64,000 bases of DNA from an uncultured Alphaproteobacteria bacterium. Lineage in GTDB: Bacteria; Pseudomonadota; Alphaproteobacteria; HIMB59. The stretch is from NCBI GenBank assembly GCA_902516235.1, contig CABXXO010000002.1, forward strand, positions 3,132 through 67,131, written 5' to 3'. The notes under the pieces are model-generated. The model had not been told where the DNA came from. It did not search any database and was given only the letters and a program-made list of their open reading frames with translations. A program made the translations under genes and the position numbers. This document shows, one piece after another, positions 22,006 to 31,678 of the stretch. Numbering within the stretch: the stretch's first letter is position 1; every line of letters starts with the position of its first letter.

Positions 22006-22129
22006 GACAAAGATAATTAGTTTTCATTTATTTATGCAAAAAATACACGAATTATATAGCATTTTTGTATTTTAGTTTCAGATCAGATAGGTCTATACTG
22101 CCCAAGCTTATAATTATAAGGAGGAAACG

Positions 22130-23155
22130 ATGACAAAAATTAAATCGTTGTTTATTTCTCTTCTATTAATTCTTGGTGTTTCTACAGCGATAGCTGGAAG
22201 TCACGGAAGCACTCATGATTTAGTTAAAGAAAGAGGAAAATTAATGTGCGGTTCCAACACTGGATTAGCGGGCTTTGGTGCTCCTAACGATGCTGGTGTT
22301 TGGGAAGGCATTGACGTTGATGTATGTAGAGCTGTAGCAGCTGCTGTATTTGGTGATGCTTCTAAAGTTGAATACGTACCTACAACTTCAAAAGTACGAT
22401 TCACAGTTCTTCAATCTGGTGAGATTGATATGCTATCCAGAAACACTACTTGGACTTTATCAAGAGACGTTGACCTTGGTTTAGAATTTGTTGGTGTTAA
22501 TTATTATGATGGTCAGGGCTTTATGGTAAGTAAAGACCTTGGAGTTTCAAGTGCAATGGAATTAGATGGAGCTTCAGTTTGTATCCAAGTTGGTACAACA
22601 ACTGAAATGAACCTTGCTGATTTCTTTAAAGCTAATGGAATGTCTTATGAGTCAGTTCCTGTTGAAACTAACTCAGAAGCAGATGCTGCTTACACAGCAG
22701 GTCGTTGTGACGTATACACAACTGACGCTTCAGGTCTATATGCAAGTAGAGCTGGTTATCCAGATCCATCAGCACACGTTGTTTTACCAGAGATTGTATC
22801 TAAAGAGCCTTTAGGTCCTGCAGTTCGTCATGGTGATAGTGAGTGGGCAGATATCGTAAGATGGTCACTCAATGCTATGATCATTGGTGAAGAGCTAGGT
22901 ATTACATCAGGTAATGTTGATGAAATGAAAAGCTCAAACAACCCAGAAGTTTTAAGGCTTTTAGGTGTTGATGCTGGTTATGGTGCAATGTTAGGTCTTT
23001 CTGATGACTGGGCTTACAATATTTTAAGTCAAGTTGGTAACTACTCAGAGAGCTTTGAAAAACATATTGGTCCAAATACACCAATTAATATTCAAAGAGG
23101 CTTAAATGCATTATACAAAGACGGTGGAATACTTTACGCACCTCCGTTTAGATAA
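22130..23155 (+). CDS. aapJ: General L-amino acid ABC transporter substrate-binding protein
   Basis: CRAVAAAV, SRNTTWT, ISKEPLGP, VGNY, YAPPFR; GAGG RBS. Confidence 0.95.
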   Translation: MTKIKSLFISLLLILGVSTAIAGSHGSTHDLVKERGKLMCGSNTGLAGFGAPNDAGVWEGIDVDVCRAVAAAVFGDASKVEYVPTTSKVRFTVLQSGEIDMLSRNTTWTLSRDVDLGLEFVGVNYYDGQGFMVSKDLGVSSAMELDGASVCIQVGTTTEMNLADFFKANGMSYESVPVETNSEADAAYTAGRCDVYTTDASGLYASRAGYPDPSAHVVLPEIVSKEPLGPAVRHGDSEWADIVRWSLNAMIIGEELGITSGNVDEMKSSNNPEVLRLLGVDAGYGAMLGLSDDWAYNILSQVGNYSESFEKHIGPNTPINIQRGLNALYKDGGILYAPPFR

Positions 23156-23163
23156 AAAAATCA

Positions 23164-23190
23164 AGGGTATGGGTTTAAAACCCATACCCT
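23164..23190 (+). terminator. Strong intergenic hairpin after aapJ (mRNA-stabilising element or partial terminator)
   Basis: AGGGTATGGGTTT-A-AAACCCATACCCT inverted repeat without a U-tract. Confidence 0.7.
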
Positions 23191-23227
23191 CATATTTAGT
23201 TTTACAAGAGAGAGATACCTAAAATTT

Positions 23228-24397
23228 ATGGAGTCATATTTTGTCAGAAAACTTATTTTTGATGAAAAATCAAGATCTCTTCTAATCCAAACACTTGTTA
23301 TAGGGCTTTTTGCCCTCTTTATATATTTAATTGCTCAACAAACAGCTTATAATTTAGAAAAAAGAGGAATTAGCTCTGGCTTTGATTTTTTAAATATTTC
23401 TGCAGGCTATGACATAAGCATTCGTCTCATACCCTTTACTAGTGAAGATACCCATCTTAGAGCTTACTTTGTAGGATTACTTAACACTTTAATGATAGCA
23501 GTATGCGGATGCTTTCTTGCAACAATTATGGGTTTTCTTGTTGGTGTAATCAGACTATCTAGCAATTGGCTTTTTCGAAATATAGCCTATGTTTATGTAG
23601 AGTTTACAAGAAATGTACCAGTTCTTCTTCAGATTATTCTTTATTACAGTATCCTTCTTCATTTACCAAAAATTAAACAGGCAATTGAAATATTCGATGG
23701 TTTCTTTTTAACTAATCGGGGGTTTTTTACTCCCTCACCAATATTTAAAGAGGGTTTTTCAATAGTTTTATGTAGTTTCATAGTTGCAATAATTGTATCT
23801 ATTTTTATAAAAAGAATTTTAAAAAAGAAACAAGAACAAACAGGTAAACAATACCCAATATTTTATATTAATAGCGCTCTTATCATTTTAACACCTATTT
23901 TATTCTATTACATTATGGGAAGACCTCTAGAATTTGATACCCCTGTTTTAAAAGGTTTCAATTTTAAGGGTGGCATGGTCATACGACCAGAATTTTTAGG
24001 AATGCTTTTTGGTTTATCAATTTATACTGCAGCATTTATATCTGAAACTGTCAGGTCAGGAATAATAGCTGTTTCAAAAGGACAAAGAGAAGCCTCACAA
24101 GCCTTGGGTTTAAAAAATAATTTGGTTATGAGGCTAATAGTCATTCCTCAAGCGTTAAGAGTTATTATCCCTCCTTTGACATCTCAATATTTAAATTTGA
24201 CTAAAAATTCTTCTCTTGGTATCGCAATAGGTTATGCAGATTTAGTCCATGGATTTGGAGGTATTTCTTTAAATCAAACAGGTAGAGCAATAGAAATAAT
24301 GTTAATGGTGATGCTTACTTATTTAACTATTAGTTTAACAATTTCTTTATTCATGAATATTTATAATAAATCAGTTCAGTTCAAAGGTAACGCATGA
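23228..24397 (+). CDS. aapQ: Amino acid ABC transporter permease
   Basis: GFDFL, RNVPVLLQ, EAA loop GQREASQALGL, KNSSL. Confidence 0.93.
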   Translation: MESYFVRKLIFDEKSRSLLIQTLVIGLFALFIYLIAQQTAYNLEKRGISSGFDFLNISAGYDISIRLIPFTSEDTHLRAYFVGLLNTLMIAVCGCFLATIMGFLVGVIRLSSNWLFRNIAYVYVEFTRNVPVLLQIILYYSILLHLPKIKQAIEIFDGFFLTNRGFFTPSPIFKEGFSIVLCSFIVAIIVSIFIKRILKKKQEQTGKQYPIFYINSALIILTPILFYYIMGRPLEFDTPVLKGFNFKGGMVIRPEFLGMLFGLSIYTAAFISETVRSGIIAVSKGQREASQALGLKNNLVMRLIVIPQALRVIIPPLTSQYLNLTKNSSLGIAIGYADLVHGFGGISLNQTGRAIEIMLMVMLTYLTISLTISLFMNIYNKSVQFKGNA

Positions 24398-25506
24398 CTG
24401 CATTTTCTAATCAAAGCCTAATGCGTAATAAGTACTACAGTTGGATTATTAAAAATTTATTTTCTTCTTGGGTAAACTCTTTAATGACGGTTGTTGCAAT
24501 CATCTTTATTTACGAAGTAGGAACTTTTTTTTTAAATTGGGCTATATTTGGTGCTGATTTTAGGACAAATTTTCGGGGCGAATTAATTACTGATCGAACC
24601 TTGTGTTCAAAAAATATCTCACCAGGAGAGTTCGGTGCTTGTTGGGCAATTATTTATGCTAGATGGGATCAATTTATGTATGGGTTTTATCCAATCGAAC
24701 AAGTATGGAGGGTAAATTTTGTCTACGTGCTTTTGCCTTTAGCTATTATAGGAATACTTTTTGATAAATTACCTTTTAGAAAATACTTTATTTATTTCAC
24801 CTTTATTTACCCATTTTTAGCATACTTCATGCTTTACGGAGGTCCCGGCCTAAGTGTTGTAGGAACAAATAAATGGGGTGGTTTACTGGTAACTTTATTT
24901 TTAGGAGTTACCGGAATTGGCCTAGCATTTCCTTTAAGTATTGTTTTAGCTCTTGGTAGACGTTCAAAAATGCCAATTGTTAAATCTCTTTGTGTAGTTT
25001 TTATTGAATTTATAAGAGGTGTCCCTCTTATTACACTTTTATTTACTGCAAATGTAATGCTACCGCTATTTTTGCCAGATGGTGTTAACCCTGATAATTT
25101 ACTAAGAGCTTTAGTTGCTGTAACTCTCTTTCAATCTGCTTACATGGCAGAAGCAATTAGAGGTGGGCTTCAAGCAATTCCTCGGGGCCAAATAGAGGCA
25201 GCACAATCTTTAGGTTTAAATTATTGGCAAACAACTCGTAAAATTATATTACCTCAAGCACTAAAAATTGCCATTCCTCCAATAGTCAACACCTGTATTG
25301 GTCTTTTTAAAGACACTTCATTAGTTTTAATTATTGGTCTATTTGATTTACTAGGAATTGGAAGGGCAGCTCTAGCTGATATGACTTGGACAAAACTCTA
25401 TTATGAGGTCTATGTCTTCATATCTCTTGTATTTTTTATATTTTGCTTTGGGATGTCTCGCTATAGTTTATATTTAGAAAAGAAATTAAAAACAGATAAT
25501 AGTTAA
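24394..25506 (+). CDS. aapM: Amino acid ABC transporter permease
   Basis: [33 protein letters not shown]. Confidence 0.93.
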   Translation: MTAFSNQSLMRNKYYSWIIKNLFSSWVNSLMTVVAIIFIYEVGTFFLNWAIFGADFRTNFRGELITDRTLCSKNISPGEFGACWAIIYARWDQFMYGFYPIEQVWRVNFVYVLLPLAIIGILFDKLPFRKYFIYFTFIYPFLAYFMLYGGPGLSVVGTNKWGGLLVTLFLGVTGIGLAFPLSIVLALGRRSKMPIVKSLCVVFIEFIRGVPLITLLFTANVMLPLFLPDGVNPDNLLRALVAVTLFQSAYMAEAIRGGLQAIPRGQIEAAQSLGLNYWQTTRKIILPQALKIAIPPIVNTCIGLFKDTSLVLIIGLFDLLGIGRAALADMTWTKLYYEVYVFISLVFFIFCFGMSRYSLYLEKKLKTDNS

Positions 25507-25508
25507 CC

Positions 25509-26246
25509 ATGGAACGAGTAATTCAATTAGAAAAAGTTAATAAATGGTATGATGATTTTCACGTCCTTAAAGATATTGATTTAAATGTTCAAAAAGGTCA
25601 AAAGATTGTTGTATGTGGTCCGAGTGGTTCAGGCAAATCTACTATGATTAGGTGCATTAATAGACTGGAGGCTCATCAAAAAGGACAAATTGTTGTCCAC
25701 GGTACAGAACTTACAAATGACTTGAAAAATATAGATATGATTAGAAAAAATGTTGGAATGGTCTTTCAACAATTTAATTTATTTCCACATCTATCCGTCA
25801 TAGACAACATTTCTCTTGCTCCAATTTGGGTAAAAAAGATGCCAAAAAAAGAAGCAGAAGATATAGCTATGTCTTACTTAGAAAAGGTAAAAATTCCAGA
25901 ACAGGCTCAAAAATTCCCTGGTCAGCTCTCAGGTGGACAGCAACAAAGAGTTGCTATTGCTAGGTCTTTAGCAATGAATCCTGATATCATGCTATTTGAT
26001 GAACCAACCTCTGCACTTGATCCTGAAATGATTAAGGAAGTCTTAGATGTGATGATTCAACTAGCCGAAGAAGGAATGACAATGCTAGTTGTAACTCATG
26101 AGATGGGTTTTGCAAAAACCGTAGCTGATCAAATGATTTTTATGGATGAAGGAAAGATTGTTGAACAAGCAACACCTGATGAATTCTTTAATAATCCCAA
26201 AAGTGATCGTACCAAATTATTCTTGAGTCAAATACTAAATCATTAA
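25509..26246 (+). CDS. aapP: Amino acid ABC transporter ATP-binding protein
   Basis: [26 protein letters not shown]. Confidence 0.95.
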   Translation: MERVIQLEKVNKWYDDFHVLKDIDLNVQKGQKIVVCGPSGSGKSTMIRCINRLEAHQKGQIVVHGTELTNDLKNIDMIRKNVGMVFQQFNLFPHLSVIDNISLAPIWVKKMPKKEAEDIAMSYLEKVKIPEQAQKFPGQLSGGQQQRVAIARSLAMNPDIMLFDEPTSALDPEMIKEVLDVMIQLAEEGMTMLVVTHEMGFAKTVADQMIFMDEGKIVEQATPDEFFNNPKSDRTKLFLSQILNH

Positions 26247-26251
26247 AAAAA

Positions 26252-26878
26252 ATGAATGAAATTACAATGGCCCTAATTTCGGGCTGGATTGTATTTTATT
26301 TTGCTGTTTTTTTACCTGGTCCTAATACATTTTTTGTAGCTTCAGTTGGAATAAGTGGTAAGAAAAAACAAATATGGGGTGCTGCTGTTGGAACTGCAAT
26401 AGGCTCTTTTACTTGGTGCTTATTAGCTACTACTGGAATATCCTTTCTTATCTCTAATTTGATGGGTTGGGGGTTTGTGTTATTAAAAATACTCGCAAGT
26501 CTTTATATGATTTACTTAGCATATCAAATTGGTAGTCAATACTTTAGCTCTGAAAATCAACTTATTAAATTATCTAATGAGAAAGATTTTTTTCACAGCT
26601 TGAAAAAGGCAGTAATCGTAGCCTATACTAATCCTAAAGCTTTTGCATTTTGGTCTGCTCTAGCAACTTTGCAATTTAGTGAAAATTTAACTTTTAGCAT
26701 CGCTTTAATTTTTGCTACTGGTAGTTTTTTTATCTCTGCTATGAATTATTCAATTATTGGCCATTTTTTTGGAATTAAAAAGTTTTCAAATTACTTCAAT
26801 AGACCTAAAAATATTATCAATTTAATATTTGCTGGACTATTTATATTTGTTGCTATTGAAATTTGGGTATTGAGTTAG
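26252..26878 (+). CDS. LysE/RhtB family exporter
   Basis: PGPN and TNPKA motifs; about 6 TM segments. Confidence 0.88.
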   Translation: MNEITMALISGWIVFYFAVFLPGPNTFFVASVGISGKKKQIWGAAVGTAIGSFTWCLLATTGISFLISNLMGWGFVLLKILASLYMIYLAYQIGSQYFSSENQLIKLSNEKDFFHSLKKAVIVAYTNPKAFAFWSALATLQFSENLTFSIALIFATGSFFISAMNYSIIGHFFGIKKFSNYFNRPKNIINLIFAGLFIFVAIEIWVLS

Positions 26879-26880
26879 GC

Positions 26881-26903
26881 AAAAAGCCCTGAATAGGGCT
26901 TTT
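26881..26903. terminator. Bidirectional intrinsic terminator between convergent genes
   Basis: AAAAAGCCCT-GAAT-AGGGCTTTT. Confidence 0.8.
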
Positions 26904-27066
26904 AAAATTTTCTTATAAATCTTCTTTCTAACTCTTTTTGCCTTCTCTCAAGATCAATCATATCAATTGCTGGAGATAAATAGGCCTCCTCTTTGTTAGA
27001 TTTTGTTTTTTGATCATTTTTTTCGTTGATAATTATATTTCTGATAGATTTAAATAAATTACTCAC
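26902..27066 (-). CDS. 54-aa DUF3563-like small protein
   Basis: GTG start; MSNLFKSIRNIIINEKNDQKTKSNKEEAYLSPAIDMIDLERRQKELERRFIRKF*. EAYL...D..DLERR motif. Confidence 0.7.
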   Translation of the reverse strand: MSNLFKSIRNIIINEKNDQKTKSNKEEAYLSPAIDMIDLERRQKELERRFIRKF

Positions 27067-27245
27067 TATGCAGCATCTTTCATATTATTAGGAAAAGATT
27101 GATTTCTTTGATATTGGGAGTAAGCCCATTGCCAATCATTGCCATATTCAACTTTGCAAAAATTTATAATACTATCCTCTTTTTTACTAAAAAAAGACAA
27201 CCAGAAATTTAAAGATCGATCTGTAAATCCAAAAATTTTATTCAT
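27066..27245 (-). CDS. 59-aa small hypothetical protein
   Basis: MNKIFGFTDRSLNFWLSFFSKKEDSIINFCKVEYGNDWQWAYSQYQRNQSFPNNMKDAA*. AAGGA RBS upstream; TAGTG stop/start overlap with the next ORF. Confidence 0.72.
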   Translation of the reverse strand: MNKIFGFTDRSLNFWLSFFSKKEDSIINFCKVEYGNDWQWAYSQYQRNQSFPNNMKDAA

Positions 27246-27408
27246 TTATTATATTTCCTTTCAGGCATATATATAGGTCTAAAAAAATATTTTACTTTTG
27301 CTAAATACAGACAGCTGATGTCTTTTTATGAGACTACCGAAAAAATTTCATTAAATATTTTAAATTTGTATGTAGTCAATATTATAAAAATAATGATAGT
27401 TTTGCTAT

Positions 27409-28488
27409 ATGGACTATAAGATTTTTGATGGTCATAACGATGTTTTATTTAGGCTATTTTTAAAGAAAAACCCAAACTCTCACCTTGATTTTATAGATGG
27501 AGATAATGAGGGCCATTTAGATCTACCTAGAATGAACCGAGCTAATTTCAGAGGGGGTATGTTTGCAATTTACGTCCCATCTCCAGAACATGTTATTTCT
27601 GACTCAGATAAATTAGTTAATTATAAAGATATGGAACAAGAAGAATACTCATTACCATTACCAGGATCTGTAGATGTGAATGATGCTTTACCTATTGTTT
27701 TAAATCAAATATCAATTCTTTCTAAAATTGAGAGAAACTCTGGCAACAAAGTTAAAATATGCTTATCTAGAGAGGATTTAGAGACTTCTTTCAATGAGGA
27801 CAAACATCAATTATCTGTTGTGATGCACATTGAAGGTGCAGAGTGCGTAGATAAAAACTTTTACAATCTTGAAACTCTGTACCGAGCTGGCCTTAGATCT
27901 ATTGGACCAGTTTGGTCAAGACCAACTATATTTGCAGAGGGCGTTCCCTTCGCATTTCCAAAATCACCAGATATTGGCGAGGGTTTAACAGATATCGGGA
28001 TAGAGTTAATAAAAAATTGTAATTCTCTCAAAATGTTAATTGATACATCTCACTTAAATGAAAAAGGATTTTGGGATATTGCTAAACACTCAACATCTCC
28101 TTTAGTAGCAACACATAGCAATGCTCATGAGATATGCCCACATACTAGAAATCTCACAAATAAGCAATTAGATGCGATCAAAGAAACGGAAGGTATGGTT
28201 GGGGTTAATTTTGCACCTGCCTTTTTGAGGAGAGATGGGAAAATGGTCTCTGATACAGAGCTACAAATAATTGCAGACCATTTTAAATACCTCATGGATT
28301 ATCTTGGAGAAGACAAAGTAGGTTTTGGATCTGACTTTGATGGAGCTATGATGCCTAAAAATCTTAATAGTGTATTAGAAATGCAGAAATTAATTGAATT
28401 ATTATCAAAGCAAGATTTTAATGAAAAACTCATGATTAAAATTACCCATTCAAACTGGATAAATCTTTTAAAAAGAGTACTAAATTAA
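27409..28488 (+). CDS. Membrane dipeptidase (peptidase M19)
   Basis: DGHND, HIEGAE, DTSH, ATHSN, GSDFDG. Confidence 0.93.
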   Translation: MDYKIFDGHNDVLFRLFLKKNPNSHLDFIDGDNEGHLDLPRMNRANFRGGMFAIYVPSPEHVISDSDKLVNYKDMEQEEYSLPLPGSVDVNDALPIVLNQISILSKIERNSGNKVKICLSREDLETSFNEDKHQLSVVMHIEGAECVDKNFYNLETLYRAGLRSIGPVWSRPTIFAEGVPFAFPKSPDIGEGLTDIGIELIKNCNSLKMLIDTSHLNEKGFWDIAKHSTSPLVATHSNAHEICPHTRNLTNKQLDAIKETEGMVGVNFAPAFLRRDGKMVSDTELQIIADHFKYLMDYLGEDKVGFGSDFDGAMMPKNLNSVLEMQKLIELLSKQDFNEKLMIKITHSNWINLLKRVLN

Positions 28489-28545
28489 GATCAAATTTAT
28501 TGATCTGAAACTTTAGTATAAAAAAAATTCTGATATAATTTTCAT

Positions 28546-28731
28546 ATGGGATTACATTTTGACTATAAATCAAAAGCTGGTGAAAGAGCTATGGAGAAAG
28601 AACGAAAACGTCAAGAAAAGCTTGCCGCGAAAAAAGCTAAAAGAGAAGCTAAGAAAGAGGCAGAAGAATTAGCTGAATTAGAGCGTCTTACAAATCCAAA
28701 TGCTCCACCTGAGGGAAATCAGGAACAATAA
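28546..28731 (+). CDS. Small charged coiled-coil hypothetical protein
   Basis: 61 aa, K/E/R-rich; extended -10 TGATATAAT 6 nt before the ATG. Confidence 0.75.
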   Translation: MGLHFDYKSKAGERAMEKERKRQEKLAAKKAKREAKKEAEELAELERLTNPNAPPEGNQEQ

Positions 28732-28778
28732 TCTGATTAACTTCAATTATATGAATTTTTTCGATCTGTAGTATCGAC

Positions 28779-29492
28779 TTAGATTTCTTTTAATTTATAT
28801 TTTCTTTGTTCCTCAGACATAGAATTAATTTGCTTCTCATACCAAATTTTAAAATCAGTTGAAGTGTCCTTGTAAAGAATAACTTTTTTTCTGATAAGGA
28901 AAATACCAATATCACTTTTGGGAACACCAATGAAAGTTTGTCTTTCAGTATGCATAACTTTAACGTTTTTTTGTAGAGGTTCATGTTCACATAAAAAATA
29001 TCCGTAGTGCTCCCCCCAAACATACCTAATGATAGGATTTGTCGCCTCAACCATCATTTGTACATATTTATCTTCATTTTTAAGAAAACTTTCCATACCT
29101 GGTACTGGTTGGTGAATTTGAGCAAAACTTAGACCAATTTTTTCTTTAGGCATCCAAACAGATGGAAAAGACACGTGTAGAGCTATAAGCTTATTAGATC
29201 TGTGAAAAATTGCTATGTCTTCTTGGATAGCATAACCAAGCTCAACAAAATTATTGAAATTAAAAGTCTTTGAGGGATATTCACTTTTTAAAATATTATT
29301 TAACTTATTGCATATAGCTTTATCTGTTTCTGCTGAGTAACAATCATCAAAAAAAATATTCTCTTTACATTTTTTTTTCAAATTTAAGTATCTGTTTTGA
29401 TGCTCATCAAATTCTATAATTGGCAAATCATTTATCTTTTTTATTCCAGGAGCTACAGAATAAATAGGTCCGTATGGTTCCCAATCAATCAT
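28779..29492 (-). CDS. DUF3445 / heme-dependent oxidative N-demethylase alpha-subunit-like protein
   Basis: QEDIAI...FPSVW.PKEKIG..FAQIHQPVPG and TERQ motifs. Confidence 0.75.
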   Translation of the reverse strand: MIDWEPYGPIYSVAPGIKKINDLPIIEFDEHQNRYLNLKKKCKENIFFDDCYSAETDKAICNKLNNILKSEYPSKTFNFNNFVELGYAIQEDIAIFHRSNKLIALHVSFPSVWMPKEKIGLSFAQIHQPVPGMESFLKNEDKYVQMMVEATNPIIRYVWGEHYGYFLCEHEPLQKNVKVMHTERQTFIGVPKSDIGIFLIRKKVILYKDTSTDFKIWYEKQINSMSEEQRKYKLKEI

Positions 29493-30202
29493 TTTGTAAA
29501 AAAAATCAATATGCCAATTAAAGTGATAGCAATAATTATAAGCCTTTTAAATAGGTCCTCTGGTATTTTTTTGTGAACATAATAACCTATCCAAACACTC
29601 AACATTACTAAAAAAGCTATTGGATAATATGTTTTGATAATATTTAAATAGCTTCCTCCGAGAAAAACAAAAAATAATGATCTTAATAAGTTGATAATAA
29701 AAAAATATCCAGCCATAGTAGATCTCAGCTCTTGTTTTGATGAAAAACTATCTTTATAACCCATCAATACAAAAGGTCCTCCAATGGTGTAAACTCCTTG
29801 AATAAAACCTCCTAAGATTACAAAAAAATTTTTTAAAATTTGAGGAAATTTTATATCTGGAAAAAATAGGTTAAAGCTTCCATATATAATCAAAATTAAA
29901 GCAAATATTTTAATTAAAACATCTGATGCAACATAACTAATAAAATATGTTCCAATAAGAGCCCCTGGAATTGTGTAGATCAAAATCTTGATTAAGTGTT
30001 TTGTAGAAACATAATTGTATGATTGAATTAAAACTGCCAAACCAGATGATAGGCCAACAATCATAGCTAATTTTAATAGGGAGTTAAAATCAAAGAAAAA
30101 TCCACTTAGTCCTAAAAAAATTATAGTTCCACCAAAACCAAAAATACTCTCAATTGCATAAGCAAAGCATGCTATTATTGCAATTATTGAAAAATTTGGC
30201 AT
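29489..30202 (-). CDS. TauE/SafE sulfite exporter family (TSUP) permease
   Basis: GFGG near the N-terminus, IGGP, about 8 TM segments; ATGA-type overlap with the DUF3445 gene. Confidence 0.82.
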   Translation of the reverse strand: MPNFSIIAIIACFAYAIESIFGFGGTIIFLGLSGFFFDFNSLLKLAMIVGLSSGLAVLIQSYNYVSTKHLIKILIYTIPGALIGTYFISYVASDVLIKIFALILIIYGSFNLFFPDIKFPQILKNFFVILGGFIQGVYTIGGPFVLMGYKDSFSSKQELRSTMAGYFFIINLLRSLFFVFLGGSYLNIIKTYYPIAFLVMLSVWIGYYVHKKIPEDLFKRLIIIAITLIGILIFFTK

Positions 30203-30248
30203 CTAAATGTATTTAACAATCTAGAATGTTTTATGTTAAAAGTAATCT

Positions 30249-30827
30249 ATGTATTTAAAAATAATATTTTCTTTAATTATATTATTATTTAAAACAAATT
30301 TATTGTATGCGCTATCCCAAGATATCTCTTTAACAATAATGGTTCGATCTACACTGGGTACAGAATACATACTTGCTAAAAGCATATGTAAAGTTTTGGA
30401 TAGAGAGCTTGAGGTATCACATAGTTATGGAGGGTCCAATACTTTAGAATGTAATACACGTCTAGACGATAGTGTTGATGAAATAATAAAAAAAATTGAA
30501 CAAAATCAATTTCAATATGCAATTATAAAAAAATCAGATTTATTTGAACGACCATCTAACTTATCTCTTCGTTCAATTTTAAATTTTCCTGCAGATAATG
30601 ATTATGTCTTCATTTCAAATCAGAATGTGGATGCTAATGTTATAAAAGATATTAACTTTGGGATCATGAATCATTTGTTAGAGTTCCGCTATCTACACAA
30701 TTCATTCTTTGAATTTTCAGAGAGTAATTTGATTGTTAAACAAGAGATCCCATTACATTTAGGAACTCTTAAATTTAGCAATGAGTGGGGTAATGGAAAA
30801 AGAAGAAGGTTTACAGAGGTAGACTAA
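30249..30827 (+). CDS. Shortened TAXI-type TRAP solute-binding-like protein
   Basis: Signal peptide, G.EY..AKSICK, LRSIL, IPLHLG (cf. PLHPGA). Only 192 aa. Confidence 0.6.
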   Translation: MYLKIIFSLIILLFKTNLLYALSQDISLTIMVRSTLGTEYILAKSICKVLDRELEVSHSYGGSNTLECNTRLDDSVDEIIKKIEQNQFQYAIIKKSDLFERPSNLSLRSILNFPADNDYVFISNQNVDANVIKDINFGIMNHLLEFRYLHNSFFEFSESNLIVKQEIPLHLGTLKFSNEWGNGKRRRFTEVD

Positions 30828-30900
30828 TCTTAACGAATCCATCAGTTACTACATAAATAAATATTAAGGCAAAAAAAACTCCACCAACAAATACCTTCAT
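30811..30900 (-). CDS. Possible 29-aa single-TM microprotein
   Basis: MKVFVGGVFFALIFIYVVTDGFVKISLPL*; fills an otherwise empty gap. No clear SD. Confidence 0.4.
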   Translation of the reverse strand: MKVFVGGVFFALIFIYVVTDGFVKISLPL

Positions 30901-30958
30901 TCATCAAACTTACTAAATAGATTTTAGGTGTAAAGTATATAAACTGTGCAAAATTGTC

Positions 30959-31570
30959 ATGAATGAGTTTGTTTTTGGTTTTTCAACAGGTTTAAGTCTA
31001 ATACTAGCAATAGGAGCACAGAATTTATTTGTAATTGAGCAGGGTATAAAAAAAAATAATATATTTTTAGTCACATCGATCTGCATACTAGGTGATTTTT
31101 TATTAATTTTTTTTGGGATTTTTCTATTTTATTTTATTAAAAATTTTATCAATGATTTCATCAATCTATTATTATCTTTATGTCTAGTACTCTTTCTCTT
31201 AAATTTTATATGGTTGAAATTAAAAACATTTAAATATGATATTGAATTTTCACAAACTAACTCACAAACATCAAAGTCAAAAATAGCTTTACAAACTCTT
31301 GCTTTTACTTTCCTAAATCCTCATGTTTATTCAGATACTGTTTTTATTTTAGGGAATTTATCAAAAAATTTCCTATCTATTTCTGATAAGGTTTTGTTTG
31401 GACTGGGTGCTAGTCTAGCATCTTTTATTTTCTTTTATTTCTTAGGCTATGGTGCTCAATCACTAAGAGTATATTTTTTGGACAAAAAAGTATGGAGAAT
31501 TATTCATACTATTATTATTTGTTATTTAATAATTCTTACTATATCGATCATCTATACAGAAATAATCTAA
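30959..31570 (+). CDS. LysE/ArgO family amino acid exporter
   Basis: SLILAIGAQN and TFLNPHVYSDT motifs. Confidence 0.9.
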   Translation: MNEFVFGFSTGLSLILAIGAQNLFVIEQGIKKNNIFLVTSICILGDFLLIFFGIFLFYFIKNFINDFINLLLSLCLVLFLLNFIWLKLKTFKYDIEFSQTNSQTSKSKIALQTLAFTFLNPHVYSDTVFILGNLSKNFLSISDKVLFGLGASLASFIFFYFLGYGAQSLRVYFLDKKVWRIIHTIIICYLIILTISIIYTEII

Positions 31571-31620
31571 TTTTCGAAATTTCAAATAAATATTTTCTTT
31601 TGATATATAATGATTGTTAG

Positions 31621-31639
31621 TTGCATAGTTGTTATGCAA
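31621..31639. promoter_or_regulatory. Perfect dyad TTGCATA-N5-TATGCAA (contains TGCA-N9-TGCA)
   Basis: TTGCATAGTTGTTATGCAA located between two convergent CDS. Confidence 0.5.
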
Positions 31640-31678
31640 TCATAACACGACATTCTTCTTAAATATTATGTATGATCT

